Shown in pieces: positions 25,301-38,135 of a stretch of DNA of 64,000 nucleotides (position 1 is its first letter; every line of letters begins with the position of its first letter). This DNA comes from Nageia nagi (lineage: Eukaryota > Plantae > Pinophyta), in contig JBITNC010000001.1 of NCBI GenBank assembly GCA_050084985.1, positions 157,356,001 to 157,420,000 of the forward strand. The letters are read 5' to 3'. A program made the translations under genes and the position numbers. The notes beneath the pieces are model-generated. The model searched no databases. It saw only the letters and a list, made by a program, of their open reading frames with translations, and had not been told where the DNA came from.

Positions 25301-25591
25301 TGGCTTCTTGGAGACCAACGTTGAGCCCTGTGGACCTGGTATTGTATCATTTGTCATTCTTCATCATTTCTACAATTGTGGGCATATTGGATCTCAACAT
25401 TTGTCCTGTATTTGATGTGTATGCTTCCTTATTTGCAATGTTGAGGTGTTTCGGTGCATTTATGGTTGTATGTGCAAGACGTTGGCATTGGGGGTTTGTT
25501 TATGCTTGAATTTGAGGCTCTAGGCTAGACGTGGGAACATATTTGCTTGTTTTTGATTATTTGTACTTAAGATTGTGATTGAGATGTTACA
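22399..25591 (+). mobile_element. Element D: LTR 22399-23365, PBS tggtgtcaaagc, short internal region homologous to element C, truncated second LTR 24723-25591
   Basis: Two similar LTR copies; 23775-23966 peptide TPPRIEVLLQFYQG matches element C ORF; internal deletion near 24220; no matching TSD. Confidence 0.75.
24225..24722 (+). mobile_element. 3' end fragment of another LTR (…aaataaatcaacaccaaca), inserted in D's second LTR (left bound approximate)
   Basis: Ends in CAACA exactly where D-LTR homology resumes; terminus resembles those of H and M. Confidence 0.5.
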
Positions 25592-25920
25592 TCATATTAC
25601 AGGGGTATTAGAGCTATCATCCTGCCATCTTGTGGGAGGTTGTGGGATGCACTTAATAGAAAAATTTCATCAAAGGCAAAAGGGCAAAAAGTCTTCCATG
25701 GCTCCCTAAACCAGATCCAGGAGGGACGTAGGGAAGCAACATGGAGAATCAAGTCGAAAGAGCTGGATGAATGTGGCAATGCATGTGGTTGGAGATGATG
25801 AGGATGCGTGTAAGGAGGAGAAAGAAATTTTGCCCAAGGCTTCGGTTGAAAAGAAGTTTGATGATCTGTTAGCCGTGATGAAAACTATTGTGGATCAAAT
25901 GCAGTTTTAGAATGAGGGTG

Positions 25921-27283
25921 TGTAATATCCCCATTGTTAAGTTGTTTTCCCCATTTGACCTCTTATAAAGGGGAACATTAATGTAGGACTGGTTTTATCT
26001 ATTTTTGTAGGATTTGGCCAAAATGATGTAAATTCCACTTAGAGACTTAGTAAAAGCTCTAATTATGGAATAAATGGACCTTTTAATGCATTTAGTTAAT
26101 TACCTAAAATGCCAATAATAATGTATTTGTAATACTAAGAAAATTATATTTGTAAATGCAATATTAGTCTCTCTAAAAGAGGCGTTGCATATTTCTATCC
26201 TTGATAGTTGTAATATTGACATTTACTATATCTTTAGTCATTAGTGCTCCCATCTTTGAGGTATAGCGTTCCCCTAGGTGATTGCATTGACTACGTGGTC
26301 ATTTGGAGCTCCAAGGTTGTAAGTGGCACTTCAAACTAAGTTTCGGCAATCTCAAGGCAAGTGGATGGCTCCCAAGCATGGACGTTGGGCTTGAGAGCAT
26401 CCCAAGACCCCACGTTTGCCCTCCTTGGCAATTGGACCCATGGCATTGATGCCAACGCACTTCGACACCACCCTTTTTGGACATTGGCATTCCTGGCCCT
26501 TAGATGTGATTTCATTTATCCCAAGGCTCTTCGTCTTCAACGTTGTATACTGAGCACATGGATCACATCTCTCCACCGTTGGATGATCACCCTCGCCTCT
26601 AAAAGTAGTACACTTGGTCATTCCAAGATTTGCTCATTATTGATATTAAACCCCTTTGTCGGATTGAGTGTGAGAACTCTTTATTTGCCACCTGTAGTGC
26701 AACCTGCATTTCAGGTATTGAGGTGAGAGAAGGCTAACCTCAAACTTACTCTAGCCATCCTGAGAGGAACGCTTCTGGTTCTATCATAGTTGTTGTAGAG
26801 GAAGACTTGGTCTACGCCTCAGTGCTCCTACGACTAGTCAAGCCCTCGAGCCATCCAACATAAACCTATTGGAGGTAGTCTTGGCACAAGCTTCTTAAGT
26901 AGGCAAAAATATTGTAGTTGTGCTCTCGTCATTGTTATATTATTACAATTACATTTTTTCTATCATGAATTGCTATCTGTCTCTTTGTGCTTGGACGTTG
27001 GATTTGGAGTGGTATTTACATTGTTTATTTACTGTTTTTGCTCCTTGATTGAGTTGTTGGAATACTGGATGCATTGGCTTGTGTTATTTTCGTATATGCT
27101 CATCATAGCTAGACATTGGATTTTTGGAGGTACTTTTGAAAGTTCGAAATTATATTTTGCATTTCTAGCAAATCGTTGGAATAGTTGTGCATTTTGAGGT
27201 TATCTCGCCAGTTTTAGAGCTTGGAGCCAATGTCCCTCTCCTACGGTACGTTTGACGAGTGAGCCCTAGTTCGGCTCATTATA
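25921..27283 (+). mobile_element. Solo LTR (family F), ~1.36 kb, in the 5' region of B
   Basis: tgtaatatc...cattata (decayed CA); homologous to 20435-21781; TSD weak (gggtg/gcatg). Confidence 0.75.
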
Positions 27284-27823
27284 GCATGCGGTCGGAAGAG
27301 AGGCGTAAGAGAAGGATGTAGGGCTTGGAGGAAGTCCTAGAATGCCCCATAGTCAAAGATTTGCCTCTATTCATGAATGGGAGCCAAGAGGGGATGTGCC
27401 TTTGCATAGATCTCGTGAGTGAGATCATGGAGTGATGTCTTTGCATAGATCTCATGAGAGAGATCATGGAGAGGAGGATTTTTTGCATAGATCCAGAGGT
27501 TATGGCATGACCAAGAAGGTTAAGGATTCGAGTGGGGAGAGCTTGTGTTTCAAAGATCTCGGTCAACCATAATGATCGACGGAGGAGGGCCTTCTTTACT
27601 TAGAACGGGATACACTAGGGCCAGAGAGCCATTATGGTAGAAATTCATGGAGAGAGGCGCACAGATAATGGACGCCTCACCTCCCCCTCTACCACGTCCC
27701 AACAAGCCTATGTTCTTGTCAGGTAGGAAAGCAACACGAGCATGATTTCACCGCAGGAGCTCAATCAGTTGTACCGAGAATACGCCTTCAACACAAGAAT
27801 TCAAGAATGATGTCACCTTTTCT

Positions 27824-28404
27824 TTGTGTTTGGAGTTTTTGGCCAAGAGAATCAATGGCAATCAAGTGCATGGTGGTTCTAGGGAGGATAGGATGGATCT
27901 AAAACAACGATTGAGTAGGATGGAAGTGCCCTTGTTCAATGGAACTGGAAAGATGACCGCTAGGGCATGGTTGCAAAAACTACAAACTTATTTCACGCTC
28001 AACCCCATGATAGAGGACGATGTCGTACGGTTTGCTACCTTACATTTGATGACATAGCATATGAGTGGTGGTAGCATGGCATGACCATGCAGAGTCATGG
28101 AGCCATCACCTCTGATGTCTTTGGCTGAATGATGATGGATCAATTTGATAGAAAGGGTTTGTGGAGTATGTGGTAGAGTTTCAACAAATTGTAGTGATGG
28201 TTCCCATTATCTTAGAAAAGAGGGTTACCTTACTCTTCATGAAGGGATTGGCCAAGCTGTTGAGGGGTTTAGTCAAGGCCTTCTCTCCTATGTAGCTACA
28301 TGACACCATCAAGAGGGCGTTAGAACTAGAGCCTAGCATGACAAGGGACAAGGTTGCAGCACCACCTATGATAGGGATATCTAGAAGGGGGATGTTGGAG
28401 ATGG
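27824..28404 (+). pseudogene. Ty3/gypsy gag remnant of element B (continues at 36474-~36640)
   Basis: MEVPLFNGTGKMTARAWLQKLQTYF...FATLHL..AYEWW, typical Retrotrans_gag signature; stops and frameshifts present. Confidence 0.85.
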
Positions 28405-29611
28405 TGTTGACTTGTATTTCTTTTCCCTCCCCGCGGGAAAGGACACCATGGATGAGTGGAGTAGCGTTACTTACCCTCGCTTGAAAGGACTTTAATCCCA
28501 AGGTTCCTTCAAATTATTATGGACTATAGGTTTTTTTTTTATAGCAAATTTTATGCAATGGTTGTTGATAGTCGACATGATAACTTCAGGGGGAGGTATG
28601 TGGTCGAGGATGGTTACTCACAATTTTGTGGACCTATTGGGCTTTATCTCTATCAATGTTCACGTGGAAACACACAAAGCAGAGGGAATATAAAGTGAGA
28701 TACGAAAGTTTTGCCAGTTGAAAGGAGGATAAGTGACATGATCTCACCATTGTGTAGGGTTTGAAGCTTTCATCTCTCGGATTTATTAGGTTATCAAGCA
28801 AGGGAGGAAGCAATTGAGTCTGGATCACTCCCAAGCGAGAGCACAAGGCAGTAGTTAGGGTGGAAAAAGAGGTGAAGTGAAACATTCAGTTATCTATTTC
28901 CCAGTAGAAGATTCCAACCAAATGTTATAAGAGTAAAGTGATTCAAAATACCACAACTTTACCCAAACCATAGAAACGGTCGTTCATGCATCTAAGAAAA
29001 ATATTCAACTATCTTTTCCTAAAGTGCTAGACATCAAAGAAAATGCTTGTAAATGCATAAACAACACAATAACATCATTATGTCATTTACATATCCATGA
29101 TTCCACGAAATGAGAGACTATACTTGCATTTAAAACAAAGTTTTGCAAAATTATAGATCATACATACATTTATAAATCTCAACTCCAAAGTGCTTCCTGA
29201 AAGATTTGCATACAATTCAAAAGACTCCTAAAGAACATGTAACTTTTCATACATCGAAGGATTCTTGATCTATCTGTATATATCCCTTTCTTTCTATTTT
29301 CCTCCCTTTTCAAAAATGACCCAGCTAGGGTATTGATAGCATATGTTTGACAACGTCATTAAATGAAGCTTCATCCTGATATTGATTGCAATGTTGCCCT
29401 AAACAAGACAGCCCTAATACTATTTTGAACTATGTAAACCATCAACAAAACAAAATTGTGGCTACACAATACCGCTCGAATGTCACATCAGTGTCACATC
29501 ACATCACATCAAATCAAGTCTTCTTGCAGCTGTGGGAGCAAAAACTCATCCATCACAATGAACTTAAAATAACAATTGTCTTAAACTGAAAAATAAAATA
29601 GCATTTATCAA

Positions 29612-32600
29612 TCAACCCTCTGTAGGACCGACAGTTAAACTGCGAGCAACATCAAAGACATTGGGAATCCTATAAGACCTTTCATCAAAGAAGGCCTAGC
29701 GTTGGCGAGCCCTACAACAAGTACTCCAAGCAAGTTGTTATCCTTCCTTTTGTGAAAATGCAAGATGTATTGAGAAGTGTATTCCATCTGGAATTTCCAA
29801 ACGGCGAAATGTTGTTGATTTTCAATGTGTCCCTACCCTTAACAAGTTTACGTCCTTGGTGAAGATAAGCTCTCGAATGGTATTCTGGACATCCTGAATC
29901 ACGAGCTCAACTCTCTTGGCACCACCATCTTCATTCAAAAACCTGATTAGTTTCACAAACTGGCTCATCTGGAAGGTTAAGGTAAAAGACAAATCGGTCC
30001 TGGCCTTGGTCAAATTGTCACATTCTACCATTGCAAACCTTAGCCAACGCAGGTGGTAGGTAAATTCTTGGCAGAATTGTATCTTGCTTGTTTGTCTTGT
30101 AGACATTATTTTCAGATTCTGGATGGTCTTCTCATGGTTTTGAAAATCCTGCAGTAAATGGGAAATGGCTGTAGTTGTTTTTTCTTCTCCATTCTACTCG
30201 TTTGCGAGGGCAATCAATCGATGTGAAAGGTCATTGACCACTCTCATTATGCCATTGACCAAGGTTTCTTTGGTGGTTGTGATACCAATATTCAAGGAGG
30301 CCTGTAGCTTAATGTCTTCAAAGGACATTTTAGCAATTTTTGTTTCCTTCACCAATTTATTCTTACCAACCAACTCCTTTAGCTTCTTTATTGTATTCTC
30401 CCTCTCGATACCTTGGTTGACCATCTCATCCACATTATAGTTAATGGCGTGTTTAAGCCCGACCCACCCAATCTTTTTAGTTTTGAATTCTTTTGTGTGG
30501 ACGCTCACGTCTTGAAGGTCTTGTGGATGTTTCTTCTTTGAGTAGCACCTATTGATGGTCACCGTATCCTTTTTCATGAACACGAAAGTGTCGAGTTCTT
30601 CAATGGGGGATTCCTCGAAGGCACTTTCTCTCCTCTGGCTATATTCTTCGTCAACGCTGCAATACCTCATCTTTAGATCCTTGATGATTGCATCAATATC
30701 AAAATCATATTTCTTTTGCGGACCATAACTTGATGCAATATTGGCCAATGTGGTATCTGTATTAGTGGGAGTGGATTCCCTGGGAATCTCCTCGATTATC
30801 AGCTGTTGGTTTTTGACCTCATTTGGCTTATCTTTGATTCTCAATGGTTTGTGGTTGCCATGTTCTAGCTGCTTCCTTTTCTTTCTTTGTTCTTCATCCT
30901 TGCCTTTATCTTCTTCATCTCCTTCGCTAGTTCCTGCATTCGATGTTTTGTTCAGCTTTGAGGGTTTGATGGGGGTCGTACTGGATGCTTCTTTCTTAGG
31001 TGATGACCTCCTATTCCTCCTTGGAGTGGTGGATTCCGAAGAAGTGACTTGTTTCTCGGATACTGATCTAGTTGATAAAGTTTCACTAGCTATCTTAACT
31101 TTGGACTCTCCATCAACGTCCACAATCTGGGTGTCGCTCGTGTGAAGCTACGAGTCTTTGTTATCCTCATGTCCCCTTACAATTTCTTCTTCTTCTCCTG
31201 AACTAGACTCAGATGAGCTAGAAGATTCAAAGGATGTCTCATAATTTGGAGAAGAATTGGAATGAATAGGCGAATCAGGCTCTCTAGACTAATTTATTGC
31301 TGGATTGCTTTGCTCTTCTATTTGGGTGTCCACGTCAATAGGCTCAGGGAACTTAATCTTTGCATGATCTTCTGTGTGTGTCATGAGATTGGGGATAGCC
31401 AAGGGATTTTCGACCCTGATTGGCATGATAGGCGTTATAGGAATATCCTTTGGGGTGGCATCCTCGAGCTGTTGCAATGGGAAATCAAGGCACCCAGTTT
31501 CGACCATGATATGGACATCTTTGGTAATTTCTTTCTCAACAAAATGAATTTCAGGTCCAGAACTGCCTAAGGTAGCATGCTTGCCCACCCGTTCTTGGCG
31601 TCTCCTCACTCTTGTTGAGAAGGTAGATTTCTCACCTGGGGCCGCTTGAGGTTTGCTTAAATTCTGGATTCTTTGGTCAATTCGACCTTCTGCTGCCAAT
31701 ACTTGGTGTACCTCCTGAATTTGCTTATCTTCTCTTTTATTCCTATATCTCTCCTTGTCTCCTAGAGAGCTGTGCTCATAAATTACTGGGTTTTTGAAAG
31801 CTCTCTTGTAGTAGACTTGGATTTGCCCTTCAGGATCATAATGAGAAGATTGTTGCTCCTCACAAAAGTGATAGTAAGACAACTCCGTCATCATTTCTTT
31901 GGCATCCTGCCAAGTTGAACAAGTATATTCCCTCATGGAAATTGGGAGGTTCCTTGTGGCATTCTTCTTTTTCCATATATTTTCATGTAGAAACAACAAT
32001 TGCCTTGTGGTGATCCAAAATGAAATTCTACCACAAACTAGCAATTTCGGAGCATCAAACCTTAACGTTAGGTCTAGGGCATGAAAACTCAAACATAGAA
32101 ACCCTCAAATGCCAACGTTAGGGTCAGAACATTCAATACGAACTACAATAATGGAATTATGCCAATGTCTAAGCTAGGGCATCCATATTACACATACTTA
32201 ACACCAAGATGCCAACTTCTAACTATAGCATGCAATATTCAATCAACAATACATCATAATGCCAACGGATGATAAGTACAAGCATAAACAAACACAATGA
32301 TCCCATGCATGCACAAGATGAGTCAACGCAACACAACCATGAGATACAATTGCCCTTGACGATATATAAATGATATGAAGTAGTGCAATACAATACCAAG
32401 CCCTATGGTGCAGTCGTTGGCCTCTTTGGAGCCAACTAGGGCACAATAATGTATATCCTCGATCACTGGAAAAACAACGAAACAATGGGAGAATAATGCT
32501 CCCTCCAAACCTGAATCCTCTCCACTGAAGGAGCCCTCCTCTAATCCTGGATAACCAATTGAATGGTAGAAGCCATACCTCAGAATGCCATCAGATGGAT

Positions 32601-34413
32601 AAGGCATTGAGCCAATACCATAGACAGATAGGATCCCTTAGCCTGAATGCCTTCTAGAAGCTTCTCCTAGGAATGTTGCTTAGCACCGCTAAGTCTTGAA
32701 GTCCGTGGACGATATAAGAGATTAATAATCAAGCATGTCTAGTAATGAGGCTCCATTGTCTATTTATACATTAGATCTACCACCGTCTCACCTAGATGTC
32801 ATCACCTAGCTCAGCTTATCCAACCTTGACCTCCTGGGGGCCTAGAATACCCAAGGTGGATGTCTAAACGTTAGACATGCCAACGTGGGGTCTAGGGGTG
32901 CATTAAGTGCCAACGAGTGAGCTAAGGGGTGCCATGCATATCCATGTGGGTGAAGGGGGGAATACGTGGGGCCTAGGTGTCATGCTGGGCCAACGTGGGG
33001 TATGGGAATCTCCGCAAGCCTGGCTCAAGCATATAAGTGGCCATCCATCACCTCAATGTACAATAGACCTTGGGATTCTCACAATCAATATCGGGATCTC
33101 CAAGTACACAATAAATGCCTAATTTATCCTTAGGAGGGAGACGTCCCACTTGGGGCTCACAGTGGGGTCCATTGACCCATTAAGTCTCCTATCCTAAGTT
33201 ACAATTGTAAAGTGTAAATACGTGAATAAAGTATATTACAAAGAGGAACCTTTCGAACCCCACAATTAATTACAATTATCCAAAAGGGATATCACATGCC
33301 TTCAGAATTCCATGAGGATCAATCGATTGTTGGCATAGCGGGGCAGGAGATATAGCCTGACTTTAAACCGTAGATGCGAATATATGTATGTGAGGGGTCT
33401 TTTAACAGATAATCCGCATGCGCTCGGATGGCCTCTACAACATAATCTAATATCCATTTCACCATCTGCCTTCCCTTTATCTCCTTGTATATCTAGTATT
33501 GCCATCCGTTGTTCCTCATGGCATAGTGATCCCACCTAGATTCTAGCCACCATTTGGGATAGGCCTTCCATGTAGGCTTCGTTGGGTCGTTCAAAATGTC
33601 TGTATCTTCATATGCTGACTTTCTATTTTTTCCATGGAGAAGGAGAGAGACAAGATACAAATTCATATGGAACTTCTTTGAAGAGCCGATATGAGCCACT
33701 TGTTGAAGGAGGTAGTCTCTGATTACTTTGCTCCATCTGATCCTTTGCGTATTCCTTATTACAACAATGAAAGTGATAAATTCCTTCTTGAACTTGAGGT
33801 AGTCCTCCTTACCAGTTACCCAAGACAACATACTGATGATCATTGAGACTGTGGGATAGAAATGTTGTCTCTTTGCATTAATTAATTTGTTCCTGGTGAA
33901 TTCTTTAATTTTGTTCTCGAGCCAATCTCGGATGAGATCTTTGGTTCGTTGAGATTTCTTGTAATAATCCAGGGAATCCTTTTTTGTGTAGATGACCCCT
34001 TTGCCACTCCAGTTGAAAGCGTCCTCAATGCCCTCCATGGAGAAATTGAGGATCTTATTACCATTTGTGTCATAAAGCGCACGGGTTTTGTAGTTGGCAT
34101 GTCTACCAACTTCATAACAAAGCTTGGGGAAAGGTGTGGCAAACGGGGTAAGGGTGGCCGTGGCCAATCCGTAGGTGCAAATGACCTCGTTGAGCATTTG
34201 ATTCATCTCTAAACTGCTAATGGATTGCAAGGTTCGTTTGGGATCGGTATGTAACTAGTAAGTATCTTGAATATTGGAGAGATTATTTTTGAACTTGGCC
34301 TCCTTTAGGGGATCTTTGGGATTCTCTTTGGCAAACTCAATCCGAGAGGGTTCAGTAAACCTTACTAGTTGAAGTTCCTGAGTCTTTCTTAATTTGGAGT
34401 TTATTTTTGACAT
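29612..34413 (-). pseudogene. H2 ORF, ~1,170 codons after removing nested LTR 32006-33296; unknown protein starting MSKINSKLRKTQELQL
   Basis: ATG 34413-34411, TGA 29614-29612; ORF-track pieces 33493-34230, 31289-32005, 30194-31123 and 29822-30106; homologous to the H1 ORF. Confidence 0.82.
32006..33296 (-). mobile_element. Solo LTR (family I), 1,291 bp, nested in H2 ORF
   Basis: tgtggtgat...gatatcaca; perfect TSD TGCCT (32001-32005, 33297-33301). Confidence 0.92.
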
Positions 34414-34899
34414 AATGACCTTGCTAAACAAATTGAGTTAGTATGGAGTAGACTGACTGATAGACGTAATGGGGATGGTACGGGTAGGACGAGTATGGTG
34501 TATAATGCCTAGCAATCCTGTATGCACTTTGAGATGAGGAAGATGATGCATAAATGTAGGTGAGACTTGAGACTTAATGCTTATGACAAAAGTGGTCAAT
34601 CTCCTTACGTGCAACATCCAAAATATGAGCCTTAAACAATTAATGCATATGCACATCCTTTAGCTAATGGGAACCATATGAATGCACGAAGGGCTTGGTT
34701 GCACGTTTCAAGGATGTTATCTTTCCAACTTAGATGGATGTGTGATCAGTATGGAGATTGACTTGATGGGACATGGCCAAAATGAAGGCATGACGTATAA
34801 ACACAAATAATAGACGACTAAGTAAATAAAACCAAACTTCAACGTGTATCTAAGTGTGGGACCTCTTCCTCAAAATGAGACTTCTTTGATGCATTCGTG

Positions 34900-36200
34900 G
34901 AGAATTTCAAACAAAGATGCAAATGTGACTCATGGATCATGCGACCATGCAATTTTGACTAAAACTTGCAATTCTAATGGGTGCATTGTTTTCAAAAGAT
35001 GGATCCTTATCCTCTTGGCACCTTGCGACCATGCACACCTAGGATGGCTGTTGTAAAATAAAACCAATGCAAATTTTAATGACCAAAAAAGGGTGGCCAA
35101 TAAATATGGACCATTTGACTTTAATGCAAAAAAAGGGGTGGTCACATATTCTAAAAGAGATGCAATTGTGACTTAGCAAAATCATGCAACCAGCCTTGGA
35201 GGGGTAAATGACATGCAAAATTTGACCAAGCCTCCTACTCTTATAGCCATCTTGATTGCCGAGTGGCAATACTTCGGTGGCTGAAGGAAGGATTTTGAAC
35301 AAGTGTGCAATTTCATGCAAAATGCTATGGTCGCATCTCTCCAGAAAGATGCAAATGTATCTTCTTCAAATAATGCAATTAGGGATAGGCGTGCCAAAGT
35401 GCCAAAATGAAGCCAAAAGGGTGGTCACATGTTTCCCAAAAGATGCAAATGTAAAGTTTTCAAACCATGTGACTAGCTGAAAAACCCTCAAAATGGACAA
35501 CTTCAGCTCAAGAGTGCTCAAAAAAGGGTGTTCGCGCCTTTCTCAAAAAATAGAAGAGCTACTTTTCCTGACCATGCGAACAACGTTTAGGGGTGTTAGG
35601 CTAACACTTAGCCAAAGTTCGAAGATCAAAACATAGGAAATGGGGTGGTCGCACCCTAAAAAGAAGATGAAATTGTAACTTTTGCCAACCATGCGACCAC
35701 CTTGGAGCAACACATTAGACCAACTAAAGTAAAATGAAATTTCCCTGCTCTCCTTTTATACTAACTTGTCATGCCATGTGTTTATTGCTAAATGGCTAGA
35801 TTGGAGGTCGAATGAGATCATGAATGCACATTAAATGCCAAAATGGGTATGGTCGCATCTTGTAAATCATGTGGCCAGCTTAGAGGATGAACTTTGGGCA
35901 CACTTAACCAATTTATAGGCTAAAAAATGCTTTGAGGGGGTAGTCCCACCTTTTCTAGATGTGAAGGTGACTTTTTCGAACTATGCAAACGCCTTCGGAG
36001 GGATTGGCTTGGTAGAATTTTAGCCTTTTGCCTTAGTCTCTTGGGATTTTTATAGACCGACGCCAAGTGTCATCAAAGGGGCGGCCATTCTAGAGAAGAA
36101 AATGAGAATTATGATCACAGCCTTAAAAATAGATGAGAATGTATCCTCCCTTAGCCATGCGATCACCACTTTTGATTTGAAAACTTGGAGATTTTGCACA
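34900..36200. repeat. Degenerate tandem array with TGGTCGCA-N38-TGCGACCA pairs (H2)
   Basis: Exact pair at 35646-35653/35692-35699; degenerate pairs near 35139, 35422, 35528. Confidence 0.8.
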
Positions 36201-38135
36201 TTCTTCAAAACATGATTGGACCTTCATTGGATGGCTTTATTTCCTTCGTTTTTTACTTGCATGGATACTTAGAAAGTATTCCTTCATCTGTTGTAAGTAT
36301 TCCGGGTGAATTTTAAAGTTGCACTTCGGGTTCATCTGACTAGGTTGTTGTCGCGACACTTTGAAAAGTGGTTCAACAAAGCTTAATTCTTGTTGAGCTC
36401 CATTATCATCCTTTGACTGAGGGTCCACAAATTTTCAAAAATTAAGGGTGGGAGTTGCTTTGTCAGCAGATGGGGCCCCACCTGCCGTAACTAGCCAGAT
36501 GTCAGGTGGCAACAAGGGCAGCTTGTAATCCAGGAATGAGCTAAGGAACAAGAATTTGTTCTTAGTTGCAAGCAACCTTGGGAGCATGGTCATAGATATT
36601 TGGGCAAGGCACAAGTCCATTACATCAAAGTAATCTCAAAGAATGCTAATGCAAAGTTGCAGTTGGAGTTGGGACGGTTGAGTTAGGAACCAAAACTCCC
36701 TACTTGGGATAGCAAGAGCGCAATTGGAGGGATGATTGTGTCATTTTGTGTAGTACCCAAGTAGTTCACGTTGAAGGTGAAAGGGTTAGATGTCGGCCAA
36801 GAAGTGATGGCTTTGATAGACCGAGGAGTGACACACAACTTCATCGATGAGGAGTTTGTGAAGACCTGTGACGTACCCCTTGTACTTTTGATAGGGCTTG
36901 TTGGGTCATGTTGTACTATATGTATTTCATGTATTTGCATTTACCTTGTTGTAACTCAGGATAGGAGTTTTAATGGGACATGTGGACCCCATTGTGAGCC
37001 CCAAGTGGGACATCTCCCTCCTGTGTAGTAGAATAGGTTTGTGTGATGTGTGGAGATCCCGGATTGTGGGAATCCCAAGGTATATTAATGCATTTATGGA
37101 TTGGATGGACACTAGCATGCTTGCATAACATTGGGGAGGGCCCCACACCCCCATGTTGGTATGGTTGACCTTCGGGAAAAGAGTCTTAATGGTGCTAAGC
37201 AACTCTTCCTAGGTGGGTTGTCTAGAGTGTAGGCAGGCGTTGGGATCCTGACTATCTACGGATTTGGTGGGTCACCAAGCCCAACCAATGGCATTCCGAT
37301 GAAACACTTCCTTTAGTGGTTATCCAAGGTTCGAGGAGGGTCCTTCAGTGGAGAGGATTCGGAGTCCGAGGGAGTGCATCTATCCTGTGGTTCGGTAGCA
37401 TTTTAGTGAGGGTTTCATATTGTTGTGCCCTAGTTGGCTCCTTGGAGGCCAACGTCCAGCTCTAGGAGCTAGGGTTTGTATTGTATTTCATCTCATATCA
37501 TAATACAGGCCGTTGGGCATAGGATCTCAGTATTGTATTGTTCATATTTGTTTTTGGCATTGTTTTTGTTGGTTTTCCATATTGTGGCCATCGTTGATGT
37601 TGTAGGCTTGTGTAATTATCATTGTGAGCATTCGTTGGGTGTGTAGTGTGTTTGGAAGCCTTGGAGGGTTGACGTTAACATTGTTTGTGTATTTGGTGCC
37701 TTAGAGGCCCAACGTTGGTGTTGCGGATGCATTGTTGAGGGTGTTGGAAGCCCTAGTTTATTGGTTTTGTTTATTGTTACTAAAGTTTGGTTTTAGGTTC
37801 ATTTTGGATCCTTACAAGTTGTATCAGAGCGTGGATTTGCCAGCCTATGAGGTTAAGATCCAACTAGAAGCAAGTTGAACGAGTAGATCGAGAGGTCTTG
37901 CACTTAGAAAGCTAGTTTTGGGGTGAAAACGATAGCTTTTCGGAAAAGTCTGAATTCCTAGACTAAGTTGTCTAGGGTTTGGAGAATATATTTCCTGATT
38001 TGAAGACCAATTCTAGGTATAAAAATTCTTGATCTATTACCCTGACTAGTTAGAAGATTTCAAATCTCGTGTTAGGGTTGTTTTGAAGCTTCAGTCGGAT
38101 TTGCATTCCGCATAAAAAAATCATAATTGGCACCA

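Larger units (their letters stand above)
28405..36468 (-). mobile_element. Element H copy 2: 8,064 bp (6,768 bp without nested LTR and its TSD); solo-LTR-like, contains a long ORF
   Basis: Termini TGTTGAC...GTCAGCA; perfect TSD GATGG at 28400-28404 and 36469-36473; host gag on both sides; no internal direct terminal repeat. Confidence 0.88.

Noticed and set aside
29646-29651. tgttgc (minus strand) as the start of a conventional ~1.2-kb 3' LTR of H2
   Set aside because: No PPT precedes it, it lies inside the ORF, it is not conserved in H1, and it does not match the 36468 terminus; it remains the main alternative to test
30741-31145. Ser/Leu/Phe-rich plus-strand ORF (and similar ones at 11321-11862, 30165-30440)
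   Set aside because: Antisense shadows of the Lys/Glu-rich H ORF
29612-34413. H ORF as an envelope protein or host gene
   Set aside because: No signal peptide or clear transmembrane segment seen, no introns in the coding part, and two decayed copies confined to one mobile element
28405-36468. H2 as a DNA transposon with short TIRs
   Set aside because: TG...CA ends, a 5-bp TSD and homology to the LTRs of two-LTR element M fit LTR integrase; no DDE transposase motif recognised
19590-38080. Scattered TAGGGTTT motifs as interstitial telomere repeats
   Set aside because: Isolated single copies in LTR/leader regions, not tandem arrays
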